A stretch of DNA of 64,000 bases from an uncultured Gemmatimonadaceae bacterium (GCA_963740355.1 CAVUDW010000002.1:352001-416000), one strand, 5' to 3'; positions 37,333-47,944 are shown, counted from the stretch's first letter. The notes: generated from the letters alone by a model not told the origin. Numbers and translations are program-made.

Positions 37333-40017
37333 TTGATCACCGTGCGCTTTCTTCGTCGCTCCGCTGCCGCACTGCTCGCCGTCGCTTCCCTCGCCCCAGC
37401 CGCGCTTCGCGCGCAGCAGGGCGCGGTGCCGCTCTACGACCTCACTGGCGCACTCGGCACCACTGCACGCGTGCTGATGATCGGCGCACACCCTGACGAC
37501 GAAGACACACAGCTACTCGGTTGGCTGGCTCGAGGTGCCAAGGTCGATGCCGCGTACCTCTCGCTCACGCGTGGCGACGGCGGGCAGAATGCCATCGGCA
37601 ACGAGCTGGGTGAACCGCTCGGCGTGATCCGCACCGAGGAACTGCTGGCGGCACGGCGCATCGATGGCGCCCGACAGTTCTTCACCCGTGCCTACGACTT
37701 CGGTTTCTCCAAGACGGCCGTCGAAACCTTCAAGCACTGGCCGAAGGATTCCGTCTTTGGTGACGTGGTGCGGATCGTTCGCGCCTTCCGCCCGCAGCTG
37801 ATCATCGCCGTCTTCAGCGGCACGCCGCGAGATGGACACGGTCACCATCAGGTGTCGGGAATGTTGGCCAAGGAAGCGTATGAAGCCAGCATGGACACGG
37901 TGCGTTTCCCGATTTCGACGTATGGCGCGCCGTGGACCGTCTCCAAGTTTTATCGCGCCGCGCGTTTCAACCCCACCGGCGCGACGCTCAAGATCGATGT
38001 CGGTGGCTACGATCCAATTCGCGGACAGGCCCTCGGCGAAATCGCAGGGCTCAGCCGCAGCCAGCATCGTAGCCAGGGGTTCGGTGTCGCGCAGCCACGC
38101 GGCACGTTGCCCGATTACGTGCGCCGCGAAGCCACACGTGTCAACGAGTCCACACCCGCAGAGAAGGAAGTTTCGCTGTTCGATGGCGTAGATCCAACGC
38201 TTGGACGTTTCGCCGCATCCCTTACCGCCGCACAGAAGCCAGTGTACGACAGCTTGATGCGCGCACTCAATGACGTTCGCACACAGATGGACCCCCAGCA
38301 GCCATGGAATTCGCTGCGCCGGATCGATCGCGCGCGCCACCTGCTCGACAAGTGGTGCACCGGTGGCGTCGCCGCTCGCAGCGACATCTGTCGTGGTGAG
38401 GACGGATTCCCCACCAACCTCTCGCCCAGTGATGCGGACAAGGCGATGAGCGCGGCTCGCACCTTCGGGCAGTTGCAGCGACTCGGCGCGGCATCGAGTG
38501 GCTTGCTGCTCGAAACGACGGTGAATCGTCATGACGTCGCCGAAGGTGATACCGCGACCTTGTCGGTGCGCGTCACGAACCGTAGTCCGTTCATGGCGCG
38601 TGTCTCCGTGTTCACGCCGAGCAGTGCGAGCGGGCCAGCACCGAAGGACACCATTGCACCAGGCGAGGCCTACGTCACCACGTTGCCGTTGCCGTCATAT
38701 CCACGCTCAGCGCCATGGTGGCTGCGCCGCCGCGCTGATGACTCGTTGATGAACCAGGGCAACGCGATCATCGAGCCGACGGCGCGCTTCGGCGACATGT
38801 TCATCGAGCCTGCATCGACGGTGGACGAAGAAGTGCGTGGAAATCGTCCCGATGCCTCGATCCCGGCACTGGTCGATGGCGTGCCGGTGCAGCTCAGTGC
38901 GCAGATCGTGTATCGGCGCATCGATGAAGTGAAGGGCCAGATCGACACGCCGGTGATGTTCACGCCGCGCGTCACGCTCACGCTCGATGGTGGTGCGGCC
39001 AGTTATGTGCGCGCCAACACGCCGTTTCAGCGCACCGTGAATGTGCGCGTCACCGCCAACGGTGCGCTCGATGGGCCTGTCACCGTGCGGCTGCTCTGGC
39101 CGAAGGGATTGGGCGGCGACAGCGCGGCAAAGCGGGTCACGCTGACGGTCGGGAACGAAGTGATCGTGCCATTCGTCCTGCGTGGCACGCTGCCCCGTGG
39201 GCGGCACGTCATCAGCGCCAGTGTCGATGCGCAGATCGCCGGCAAGGCGACGACGTTCGCGAGTGGATACCAGTCGATCGAGTACGATCATATCCGGCCG
39301 CAACACATCTATCGCCCCGCTGCCATCGCGCTGGAAGCGGTGGAAACCGGCGCGGTACCCGCGGGCCTGGTTGGCTACATCGATGGACTCGCCGACAACG
39401 TGATGCCAATGCTGGCGCAACTCGGCGCGAATATCGAACATCTTCCAGCCGCGACCATCACGCCGGCTGGGCTGACGCGCTACAAGGTGATCGTGGTCGG
39501 CCCACGCGCAATTGAGGCGCAGGTGGCACTCGCCGCCAAGATGCCGATTCTGCAGGAGTGGGTGAAGAATGGCGGCACCATGATCGTGCAGTACCAGCAG
39601 GCCGACATCGGTCGCCCGGGCATGGCGCCATTCCCGCTCACCTTCGCTCGCCCTGCTGCACGCGTCACCGAGGAGGACGCCGAGGTGAAGGTGCTGCGCG
39701 CCGACAGTCCGTTGCTGACGCGTCCCAATCGCATCGACCGCACCGATTGGAACGGCTGGGTGCAGGAGCGTGCGACGTACATGCCGACCACCGCAGATTC
39801 GTCGTACACCCCGGTGCTTGCCATGCATGATGTCGACGAACCTGACAACCCGAATGCCCTGTTGACCGCGAAGATCGGCAAGGGCACGTACGTCTTCACG
39901 ACGCTCGCACTGTTCCGCCAGCTGCCGGCCGGTGTGCCAGGTGCCGCGCGGTTGTTCGTGAACATCCTCAGCGCGGGTGAATCCACGCCTGCGCCGCGTC
40001 GCCGGCCCGTGCCGTGA
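37333..40017 (+). CDS. Large secreted PIG-L/LmbE family deacetylase with C-terminal class I GATase-like domain
   Basis: AHPDDED, TRGDGGQN, RTEELLAAR, HGHH; signal peptide. Confidence 0.9.
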   Translation: MITVRFLRRSAAALLAVASLAPAALRAQQGAVPLYDLTGALGTTARVLMIGAHPDDEDTQLLGWLARGAKVDAAYLSLTRGDGGQNAIGNELGEPLGVIRTEELLAARRIDGARQFFTRAYDFGFSKTAVETFKHWPKDSVFGDVVRIVRAFRPQLIIAVFSGTPRDGHGHHQVSGMLAKEAYEASMDTVRFPISTYGAPWTVSKFYRAARFNPTGATLKIDVGGYDPIRGQALGEIAGLSRSQHRSQGFGVAQPRGTLPDYVRREATRVNESTPAEKEVSLFDGVDPTLGRFAASLTAAQKPVYDSLMRALNDVRTQMDPQQPWNSLRRIDRARHLLDKWCTGGVAARSDICRGEDGFPTNLSPSDADKAMSAARTFGQLQRLGAASSGLLLETTVNRHDVAEGDTATLSVRVTNRSPFMARVSVFTPSSASGPAPKDTIAPGEAYVTTLPLPSYPRSAPWWLRRRADDSLMNQGNAIIEPTARFGDMFIEPASTVDEEVRGNRPDASIPALVDGVPVQLSAQIVYRRIDEVKGQIDTPVMFTPRVTLTLDGGAASYVRANTPFQRTVNVRVTANGALDGPVTVRLLWPKGLGGDSAAKRVTLTVGNEVIVPFVLRGTLPRGRHVISASVDAQIAGKATTFASGYQSIEYDHIRPQHIYRPAAIALEAVETGAVPAGLVGYIDGLADNVMPMLAQLGANIEHLPAATITPAGLTRYKVIVVGPRAIEAQVALAAKMPILQEWVKNGGTMIVQYQQADIGRPGMAPFPLTFARPAARVTEEDAEVKVLRADSPLLTRPNRIDRTDWNGWVQERATYMPTTADSSYTPVLAMHDVDEPDNPNALLTAKIGKGTYVFTTLALFRQLPAGVPGAARLFVNILSAGESTPAPRRRPVP

Positions 40018-41054
40018 TCGTCGCCACGCGCCTGCGCGCATTCGCTGCCCTCGCGCTCACCGCTGCCCTCTCGGCCTGCGGTGACGGCCGCACCGTGCTC
40101 GTGATCTACTCGCCGCACGGCAAGGAACTGCTCACGCACTACGAACTCGAGTTCGAGAAGCGGCATCCCACGGTCGATGTGCAGTGGCTCGACATCGGCT
40201 CGCAGGAAATTCTGGATCGGGTGCGCGCGGAGAAGGTGAACCCGCAGGCGGATGTGTGGTTTGGCGCACCGGCGGAGATGTTCGAGCGCGCGGCCAAGGA
40301 CGACCTGTTCGTGAAGTATCGCCCCACGTGGGCGGCAGCGGCCGACTCGTCGACGCACGACGCACAGGACCGCTGGTACGGCACCTACCTCACGCCCGAG
40401 GTGATCGCGTACAACCGCGACGCGATCAAGGCGGAAGATGCACCAGCCGACTGGGATGCGCTGCTCGATCCGAAGTGGAAGGGGAAGATCGTGATCCGTG
40501 ATCCGGTCGCCAGCGGGACGATGCGGGCCATCTGGGGCGGCATCATCCTGCGCTCGATCGCCAAGACAGGGAAGAGTGACGAGGGCTTCGCGTGGCTGAG
40601 GGCGCTCGATGCGCAGACTCGCGAGTATGCGCTCAACCCAACCATCATGTACCAGAAGCTCGGGCGGCAGGAGGGCGTCATCACCCTCTACAACATGCCC
40701 GATATCGCGACGCTCGAGTTTCGCACCAAGATTCCGATCTCGTGGAAGGTGCCGACCAGTGGCACACCGATTCTCGTCGACGCGATCGCGATCATGAAGG
40801 GCACGCGCCACAAGGAACTGGCGCAGCAGTACTACGAGTTCGTCACGTCACGGAGCGCCATGCAATACGCTGCCGATTCCCTCTACCGCATTCCCGTGCG
40901 CAGTGACCTGCCGCTCGACTCCCTGCCGGTGTGGATCCGCGAGGCGAAGACGGGCATCAAGCCGATGCCGATGAATCGCCAGCTACTCGCCGATAGTCTC
41001 AATCTCTGGATGCGCCGGTGGGACTCGGAAATCCGGAACAGCAGCAAGCGATAG
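40014..41054 (+). CDS. ABC transporter substrate-binding lipoprotein (FbpA/AfuA-like)
   Basis: LSAC lipobox, RAEKVNPQADVWFG, PADWDALLDPKWKGKI, DPVASGT. Confidence 0.88.
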   Translation: MIVATRLRAFAALALTAALSACGDGRTVLVIYSPHGKELLTHYELEFEKRHPTVDVQWLDIGSQEILDRVRAEKVNPQADVWFGAPAEMFERAAKDDLFVKYRPTWAAAADSSTHDAQDRWYGTYLTPEVIAYNRDAIKAEDAPADWDALLDPKWKGKIVIRDPVASGTMRAIWGGIILRSIAKTGKSDEGFAWLRALDAQTREYALNPTIMYQKLGRQEGVITLYNMPDIATLEFRTKIPISWKVPTSGTPILVDAIAIMKGTRHKELAQQYYEFVTSRSAMQYAADSLYRIPVRSDLPLDSLPVWIREAKTGIKPMPMNRQLLADSLNLWMRRWDSEIRNSSKR

Positions 41055-42118
41055 TGGCGAGCAACGATCCCGTGAATCCCGCCTCGCTGACTCTCGATCA
41101 CATCACCCGCCGCTTCGCTGGACAGCTGGCGGTGGATGACCTGTCGCTCGAGATTCGCGCCGGCGAGTTGCTCGCGCTGGTGGGTGCGTCTGGCTCGGGC
41201 AAGACGACCACGCTGCGCATGGTGGCCGGCTACGAGACACCGGACGGTGGCAGCATCCGGCTCGATGGTCGCGACATCACCGCACTGCCACCCGAGCGTC
41301 GTGGGTTCGGCATGGTCTTCCAACACTATGCGCTCTTCCCACATCTCAGTGTCCAGGACAACGTCAGCTTCGGGCTCGAAGCCCGCGGCGTGAATGCCAC
41401 CGACCGTCGGGCGCAGGCGCTCGTCGCACTGGAGAACGTCGGCCTCGGTGCGAAGGCAGGCCGTCAGGTGCAGGCGCTCTCAGGTGGTGAACAGCAGCGT
41501 GTCGCGATGGCACGTGCGATGGTCATCCAGCCACGCGTGCTGCTGCTGGACGAACCGTTGTCGAACCTCGACCCGACGCTGCGCGAGGAGATGCGCACGG
41601 AGCTTCGTGCCACGCTCCAGCGTGCATCCGTGACCGCGCTCTTCGTCACGCACGACCAGGAAGATGCGTTTGCGATCGCTGATCGTGTGGCGCTGCTGGA
41701 ACATGGCAAGCTGTTGCAGCACGGCACCCCGGAGCAGCTCTACGATCGTCCGGCATCACGTGCAGTGGCCGAGTTCATCGGTCGCGCCGCGTTGGTTCCG
41801 GCCGAAGATCGTGGTACACATGCCCGCATCACGCTCGGTGGTGTGGCGCAGGATGTCGCGGTCACGCGCGCTGGCGGTGAAGCGATGCTGCCGCAGGCGC
41901 TGGCTGTCGTGCGACCCGAAATGCTCGGCATCGGCACTGGCGAGACCGGCTGGCCGGGTCGCGTCACGGCGCGGCGGTTCGCTGGCGCAGGCATGGCCTA
42001 CATCGTGGATGTCGGCGGCACGCCACTCGAGGTGCTCACACCAGTGCGAACCGGCGCCGTGGGCGACCTCGTGCGAGTCACCGTTGAGCGTGAACCCGTC
42101 GCGCTGGTGAGTGCGTGA
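41054..42118 (+). CDS. ABC transporter ATP-binding protein (FbpC/PotA-like)
   Basis: GASGSGKT, MVFQHYALFPH, LSGGEQQR, LLLDEP. Confidence 0.93.
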   Translation: MASNDPVNPASLTLDHITRRFAGQLAVDDLSLEIRAGELLALVGASGSGKTTTLRMVAGYETPDGGSIRLDGRDITALPPERRGFGMVFQHYALFPHLSVQDNVSFGLEARGVNATDRRAQALVALENVGLGAKAGRQVQALSGGEQQRVAMARAMVIQPRVLLLDEPLSNLDPTLREEMRTELRATLQRASVTALFVTHDQEDAFAIADRVALLEHGKLLQHGTPEQLYDRPASRAVAEFIGRAALVPAEDRGTHARITLGGVAQDVAVTRAGGEAMLPQALAVVRPEMLGIGTGETGWPGRVTARRFAGAGMAYIVDVGGTPLEVLTPVRTGAVGDLVRVTVEREPVALVSA

Positions 42119-43770
42119 GCCGTCGATCGCTCGTGCTCGCCGTCCCGATCATCGCGCTCCTGCTCTGGATCGTGGCGTTTCCCAACGTCGCTGTGATTGC
42201 GGGCAGTCTCGATGGTGGATTCCAGCACTGGATGGAGTTCTTCCGCAGCCCCTCTGATCGCGAGGCCCTCTGGACCTCCATCTGGATCAGTGTGGCCAGT
42301 GTGGTGGCCAGCATCGCGATCGGCCTCCCGCTCGCGTTTCTTCTGCAGCGCGCCGACTTTCCCGGCCGCAAGGTGCTCAGCGCCGTCGCCACCTTGCCGG
42401 CCGCGCTGCCGCCATTGGTCGGCGTGATCGCGTTCCTCTTTCTGTATGGGGAGAGCGGCGCATTGACGCGCGTTGTGCAGCGCCTGCTGCATCTCGAGCA
42501 TGCACCCTGGTCGCTCGGCGGACCGTGGGCGATCGTGTTCGTGCACGCCTACACGATGTATGTGTATGTCTACCTGTTCGTGAGCGCGGCGCTCGAGAAC
42601 TTCGACACCTCGCTCGATGAAGCGGCGCGCGGACTGGGGCATGGTCCCATCCGCCGATTCGTCCGCATCACGCTGCCGCTCCTCACGCCGGCGCTGGCCG
42701 GTGGCGCGCTGCTGGTGTTCATGAGCAGCCTTGGCAGCTTCAGCGCGCCGTATGTCTTCGGTGGTGGCATCCGCGTGCTCTCGACGCAGATCATCAACTC
42801 CAAGCTCAATGATGCGCTGGGCGTGGCCTTCGTCGAGACGACGGTGCTTGCACTGAGTGCTGTCGCGGGCCTGTTGCTGCTGCGCTGGCTCGAAGGGCGA
42901 CGCCAGTACACCATCACCAGCAAGGGGCGTGCAGTTCGGACGCCGATCCGTTCGCGCGGCGCGCGGATGGTCGCGATCGTGCTCAGCACCATCGTCGTCA
43001 CCGCCCTCGTCCTGCCGCACGGCATGGTGTTGCTGACGGCGTTCGCCGTCGATGGCGCCTGGACGACGCAGGTGCTGCCACCCGAATACACGTTCGAGAA
43101 CTTCCGGCGCCTGTTCACTGATCGGCAGCTCTTTCCACCGATCCGCAACACGATCGTGATGGCGTTCATCGCCACCGCGGCCAACGTCGTGATCTGTTTC
43201 GTGATCGGCTATCTCACCGTGCTGCGCAAGTTTTCGGGCCGCAAGCTGCTCGAGATTCTCGCCGTCCTGCCGTGGACCATTCCGCCGACGGCCATCGCCA
43301 TTGGGCTTGCATCGACGTTCGACTCCTTCGAACCGTGGCGCGGGAAGGTGCTGCTGGTCGGCACCTTCTGGATCTTGCCCCTGGCCTACTTCATCCGCGG
43401 GCTGCCACTCGTCACCAGTGCGGTCCAGAGTTCGCTGAAGCAGATGGAACCGAGCGTGGAAGATGCGGCACGCGGACTTGGTGCGAGCTGGTGGCTGACG
43501 ATGCGCCGAGTGGTGATTCCCGCTGCCATGCCCGGACTGATCGCCGGTGGCGTGCTCGCTGCGATCACCGCCATCGGCGAATTCGTGGCGACGGTGTTGC
43601 TCTTCACGCTCAGCAATCGCACCATCTCGGTCGAAGTGCTGCAGCAGTTGCGCAGCCAGGCGTTTGGCACAGCGTCGGCGTACAGCGTGCTGCTCATCCT
43701 GATGACCTTCGTGCTCACGCTCACCGCGCGCTGGCTGCAGGGCAGGGCTGAGCCAATGGTGGTGCAGTAG
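42115..43770 (+). CDS. ABC transporter fused permease (FbpB-like)
   Basis: Two EAA loops (DEAARGLG, EDAARGLGA), ~550 aa hydrophobic. Confidence 0.9.
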   Translation: MSRRSLVLAVPIIALLLWIVAFPNVAVIAGSLDGGFQHWMEFFRSPSDREALWTSIWISVASVVASIAIGLPLAFLLQRADFPGRKVLSAVATLPAALPPLVGVIAFLFLYGESGALTRVVQRLLHLEHAPWSLGGPWAIVFVHAYTMYVYVYLFVSAALENFDTSLDEAARGLGHGPIRRFVRITLPLLTPALAGGALLVFMSSLGSFSAPYVFGGGIRVLSTQIINSKLNDALGVAFVETTVLALSAVAGLLLLRWLEGRRQYTITSKGRAVRTPIRSRGARMVAIVLSTIVVTALVLPHGMVLLTAFAVDGAWTTQVLPPEYTFENFRRLFTDRQLFPPIRNTIVMAFIATAANVVICFVIGYLTVLRKFSGRKLLEILAVLPWTIPPTAIAIGLASTFDSFEPWRGKVLLVGTFWILPLAYFIRGLPLVTSAVQSSLKQMEPSVEDAARGLGASWWLTMRRVVIPAAMPGLIAGGVLAAITAIGEFVATVLLFTLSNRTISVEVLQQLRSQAFGTASAYSVLLILMTFVLTLTARWLQGRAEPMVVQ

Positions 43771-43784
43771 TCGGCTGCGCCAGC

Positions 43785-44867
43785 CTACTTCTTCTTTGCC
43801 TCGGCCAGCGTCTTGATCCGTTCTGACTCGGCGGGGAGGAAGTCGCGCGAGAAGACCTGGTCCCACTCCGGGCTGCGCTGCATCCGTTCCGCGGCGCGCA
43901 TCAGCTTGATGGTGATGGCGAAGCGCTTCGGGTCGATATCGCCGAGTCCTTGTGTGGCTCCCTCAGGGCCACCCATGTCGCCATACATCGAACGTAGCAG
44001 GCGATTGCGCTCCACTTCGGCACGTAGCGATGGATTGCGACGACGTGCCTCACTGATCGCGGCGTCGGGATCGTTGATCGACGCCAGCAATCCGCGATTC
44101 GCGGCCCGTACGAACGCCTTCACCAGCGCCGGTTCATGCATGATCATCGCGCGCGATGCAATCAGGGCATTGCCGTAGAGCTCAGGCGCCACATCCCGAT
44201 AGCGAATGAACCTGATCGTGGAATCCGCGTCGCGCCCTGACGCCTCGATCGCCGCCATGCCCGCGGAAATGTCACCGAAGATTGCATCCGCTCGACCATC
44301 TTCCAGCGCGATGAGCAGTGTCTCCCACGCGCTGGAGTCGGAGGTGATCGTCAGGTTCGCTTCGGTGATGCCGGCCTTGGTGGCAAAGGCGTCGAAGGTG
44401 TTCAGCGCCGCGTCGGTGGATTGCCCGAAGATCTTCTTCCCCTGCAACTGCTTCACCGTGACGATCGGGCTGCTGCGCTTCACCATGATCGCGGCCGGCG
44501 AGCGATTGTAGAGCATGTACACGCCGAGTGGTGTCGAGTCGGGGCGTACCGACGCTTCCTCGGTCAGTGCATTGATGTCGCCGTAGCCGAAGTCGAATGG
44601 CTCGCTCACCATGCGATTGGCCACCGCGTACGCACCGTGGGCTGACGTGAACTGCACGTCGAGGCCTTCGTTGCGGAAGTAGCCACGCGTGTCCGCCAGC
44701 AGCAGCCAGGCATTGGTGCCGGAGAAGGCGGAGTTGAGGAGCACACGCACCGTGCGGCGGGCACCTGGCGTCGCTGCGCCGCTGGTGCTCTGGGCTGCGA
44801 TCGGGGCTGGAAGGTGCAACGCGAGACTCATCGCCACTGCCATCAGCCGCAAACTTCCGAACGCCAT
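43785..44867 (-). CDS. NMT1/THI5-like ABC substrate-binding protein
   Basis: GYFRNEGLDV, FDFGYGDIN, LYGNAL, VKAFVRA; GAGGGG RBS before ATG 44867. Confidence 0.82.
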   Translation of the reverse strand: MAFGSLRLMAVAMSLALHLPAPIAAQSTSGAATPGARRTVRVLLNSAFSGTNAWLLLADTRGYFRNEGLDVQFTSAHGAYAVANRMVSEPFDFGYGDINALTEEASVRPDSTPLGVYMLYNRSPAAIMVKRSSPIVTVKQLQGKKIFGQSTDAALNTFDAFATKAGITEANLTITSDSSAWETLLIALEDGRADAIFGDISAGMAAIEASGRDADSTIRFIRYRDVAPELYGNALIASRAMIMHEPALVKAFVRAANRGLLASINDPDAAISEARRRNPSLRAEVERNRLLRSMYGDMGGPEGATQGLGDIDPKRFAITIKLMRAAERMQRSPEWDQVFSRDFLPAESERIKTLAEAKKK

Positions 44868-44899
44868 GATCCCCCTCACGCTGAAACGTGACTGCTCCT

Positions 44900-45397
44900 T
44901 CAGACCCCACCTTTCAGACGATCCTGCCGCGCGCGGGTCAGCAGGTCGATCTGCCCGCCATGATAGGCACCGTGCTCCACCACGCCGTGCAGCATGGTGC
45001 GCGCGGAGTAGTCACGTCCGGACACCCGCTTGTCGAGCAGTGCCGGATCCAGCGCCCGCACGGCAGCCGCGAGGCGCAAGTGCTTGTCCAGCATGGACTT
45101 CCGCGCCTTACCCCACGCCGCTTCGGTCAGCCGCGCAGGTACCGGCGGCCAGTCGGCATCGGTTCGGTCATCGAGGGTGTCGTCGCGCGGGCCGAACGCC
45201 AGGCGCCTCTCCACGATCTCGGCCCACATGCCGACATGCAGCACCACCTCCCAGATGGAGTGGGCTCCGGCGATCGGGTGCGAGGCTGCGTCCGCAGCGG
45301 TCACGCCATCCAGCAACTCGACAATCGCACTGCCGTGCCACATCGGTCCGCTGACGGTGGCCTCGATTGACCGCGCGATTCGTTCGATTTCGGGCAC
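44900..45397 (-). CDS. DinB family protein
   Basis: WHG, HSIWEVVLH, DWPP, HGVVEHGAYHGGQI. Confidence 0.88.
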   Translation of the reverse strand: MPEIERIARSIEATVSGPMWHGSAIVELLDGVTAADAASHPIAGAHSIWEVVLHVGMWAEIVERRLAFGPRDDTLDDRTDADWPPVPARLTEAAWGKARKSMLDKHLRLAAAVRALDPALLDKRVSGRDYSARTMLHGVVEHGAYHGGQIDLLTRARQDRLKGGV

Positions 45398-45492
45398 TTC
45401 CAGCCTCCGTGGATGGCATCGGTGTGGCGCGACTTCGTACAGGGAATTCAGTGGGTAAGTCGTTGTTGCTCAGGCGGTTACCCCAAAACCAA

Positions 45493-45593
45493 GGGGTCGG
45501 AGATCTTGATCGGCTTTTTTGAAGCCTAAGTCATTATGGAACAACGCGTTAGCTGCGGATCAAGATCTCCGACCCCCTTAGTCCCGACCCCTT
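45493..45593. repeat. REP-like 19-bp perfect inverted repeat plus partial third arm
   Basis: ggggtcggagatcttgatc (45493-45511) / gatcaagatctccgacccc (45558-45576); extra ccgacccctt downstream. Confidence 0.85.
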
Positions 45594-45615
45594 GGTCACT
45601 ACGCCCCTTGGTCAC

Positions 45616-45990
45616 TCACGTACGCCCCCCATCCATCTCCGCCAGCACCTTCTTCGGCGCTGCCTGCCGAAACCCATCCTCCAACAGCGCCGCGATCGCC
45701 CCCCAAGGGGGCCGCTTGTCGAGCCAGACGCCGATCCAGCCGCTCGGCCCCACATAGGGTGGCTTGAAGTAACGATCGGGATCGTCGGCAATCAGCAACG
45801 CCTGATTCGCCGGCCTCGCCTTGATCCAGACCGCCGGCCGACCCGCCCCGTGATGGTTGGTGGGACTCGCGTAGGTGGCGAACAGCTTCTCCTTCACCCG
45901 GAACGTCGGCTCACCCCACGCCACCTTCTCGCTGCTGGACGGAAAGGCGAGACAGAGCGCTCGCAGCTTGATCAGCGGATCTGGGGGCAT
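45616..45990 (-). CDS. MmcQ/YjbR family protein
   Basis: LRALCLAFP..EKVAWGEPTFRV.EKLFA, YFKPPYVGPSGWIGV. Confidence 0.88.
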   Translation of the reverse strand: MPPDPLIKLRALCLAFPSSSEKVAWGEPTFRVKEKLFATYASPTNHHGAGRPAVWIKARPANQALLIADDPDRYFKPPYVGPSGWIGVWLDKRPPWGAIAALLEDGFRQAAPKKVLAEMDGGRT

Positions 45991-46255
45991 CTCGTCCTCG
46001 AAGTGCGACAATCACAACCGTGTGCGACAGCGAACGGCGCGAAGAATATGTCACGGCCCAGCGCCCGCTGGCGCCGGCGCGTTCTTCGGTACATGGTCCG
46101 GTCTGCCGCACCGACGTGAGGCAGGTCGCCGAACGTCAGCACAGTTCGGCGCAGTTTCCACGAATGTGCGGAAGCTCGCTGCCGTCAGTAGTAGTCCGAA
46201 GCGCTGTCGCCGTCGAACCACCCCACGACGATCCCCCGCCCGCCCCGGAGTCTCG

Positions 46256-47776
46256 ATGTCCCGTGTTCGATCCCTGCTGATGCTGGCCCTTGCTGCCAGT
46301 TCGCTCGCGGCCCAGCCCAGCCCCACCTCCGGCGTCACACACGGCCAGCGCGTGAAGCGACTCGCCATCCGGAACGCGCTCATCATCGATGGTACCGGCA
46401 CGCCGACGCGCGGACCGATGGACATCATCGTCGAAGGGAACATCATCACCGAGATGGTCGCGCTCGACCCGGTTGCGGTGCGCGCCGGCCGCGTGAAGCG
46501 CCCCGCCGCTGATGCCGAAATCGATGCCACGGGGAAGTACGTCATTCCGGGCCTCATCAACGCCCACGCCCACATGCAGTCGCAGCGCAGTGGACAGTCG
46601 ATGGGTGGATTCGAGTACAACCACAAGATCTGGCTCGCCAATGGCATCACCACCGTGCGCGAAGTCGGCGCCGAGAGTGAGTCGTTGTCCGTCGTGCTTC
46701 GCGGCCGCTCGGCGCGCGGCGAGATCGTCGCGCCACGCATGTTCATCTATCCGTTCTTCGACAACGGGAGCCGCATCCGCACCCCGGCCGAAGCGCGACT
46801 GCGCGTGCAAGCGCTGAAGAAGCTCGGCGCCGACGGCATCAAGATCGGTGGCATCCAGCGCGACCTGATGGAGGCGATGGAAGACGAAGCGCACAAGCTC
46901 GGCATGCGCATCGCGCACCACGTGGGTGTTGAGGAGACGAACGCCTGGGACGACGTGAAGTTCGGCACCACCAGCATCGAACACTGGTACGGCATTCCCG
47001 ATGCCGCGATTCCCGATCTCCGTCAGCACTTCCCGAGTGACTACAACTACTCCGACGAGACCGATCGTTTCCGGTGGGCCGGTCGTCTCTGGCGAGAAGC
47101 CGATCCGAAAATTCTCGATTCGTTGCTGACGGCGATGGTGAAGGCGAACGTGGCCTGGGTGCCGACCATGGACATCTACGAAGCCAGCCGCGACCTGCAG
47201 CGCGCGCAGACGCAGCCCTGGTTCCAGGATTACCTGCACCCGTCGCTGGCGAACTACTTCAAGCCCGACCCCGCCAACCACGGCTCGTACTTCATCGGCT
47301 GGAGCAGCACCGACGAGGTGTACTGGAAGGAGAACTACCGCATCTGGATGGACGCGTTGCGGAAGTTCAGCCGAAAGGGCGGCCTGATCGGGTGTGGCGA
47401 CGACGCCGGCTTCATCTACGAGCTCTACGGCTATGCGCTGATCCGTGAGATGGAACTGCACGCCGAAGCCGGCTTCAACCCGCTGCAGATCATCCAGCAC
47501 TGCACCAGCAACAACGCCAGGATCCTTGGCGAAGAGGCGCGTATCGGTCGCCTGCGTGTGGGCTGGATGGCCGACCTGGTGGTGGTTGATGGCAATCCGC
47601 TCGAGGACCTGAAGGTGCTCTACGCCGGTGGCACTTCTTCCCTGCGCGATGGTAAAGAAGTGCGTACGCTTGGGAGCGAATGGATCATCAAGGACGGGAT
47701 CCCGTACAATGGCCCGCAGTTGCTGCGGGAAGTGAAGGCGATCGTCGACGCCGCCAAGCAGGCGGTGCGGCAATAG
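46256..47776 (+). CDS. Secreted amidohydrolase family protein
   Basis: IDATGKYVIPGLINAHAH, GITTVRE, SIEH, ADLVVVDGNPL; signal peptide. Confidence 0.9.
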   Translation: MSRVRSLLMLALAASSLAAQPSPTSGVTHGQRVKRLAIRNALIIDGTGTPTRGPMDIIVEGNIITEMVALDPVAVRAGRVKRPAADAEIDATGKYVIPGLINAHAHMQSQRSGQSMGGFEYNHKIWLANGITTVREVGAESESLSVVLRGRSARGEIVAPRMFIYPFFDNGSRIRTPAEARLRVQALKKLGADGIKIGGIQRDLMEAMEDEAHKLGMRIAHHVGVEETNAWDDVKFGTTSIEHWYGIPDAAIPDLRQHFPSDYNYSDETDRFRWAGRLWREADPKILDSLLTAMVKANVAWVPTMDIYEASRDLQRAQTQPWFQDYLHPSLANYFKPDPANHGSYFIGWSSTDEVYWKENYRIWMDALRKFSRKGGLIGCGDDAGFIYELYGYALIREMELHAEAGFNPLQIIQHCTSNNARILGEEARIGRLRVGWMADLVVVDGNPLEDLKVLYAGGTSSLRDGKEVRTLGSEWIIKDGIPYNGPQLLREVKAIVDAAKQAVRQ

Positions 47777-47944
47777 TGGGACGTCTCTGACAGCGACCCG
47801 GCACACAGTTCACGCCGGACTCGCGTCGCCCAGACACACCGCTGATAGGGGTTCACCCCCGCCGCAGTGTCTGCTTCACTGGCCCCTCGGCGTTCGCGCT
47901 GTGGGGCCAGTCGCGCGCCGTAGACAACCATGGAGGATGGCACG

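Noticed and set aside
41998..47806. Long minus-strand ORFs 41998..43866 and 46136..47806
   Set aside because: Antisense shadows of the permease and amidohydrolase, typical of high-GC codon bias
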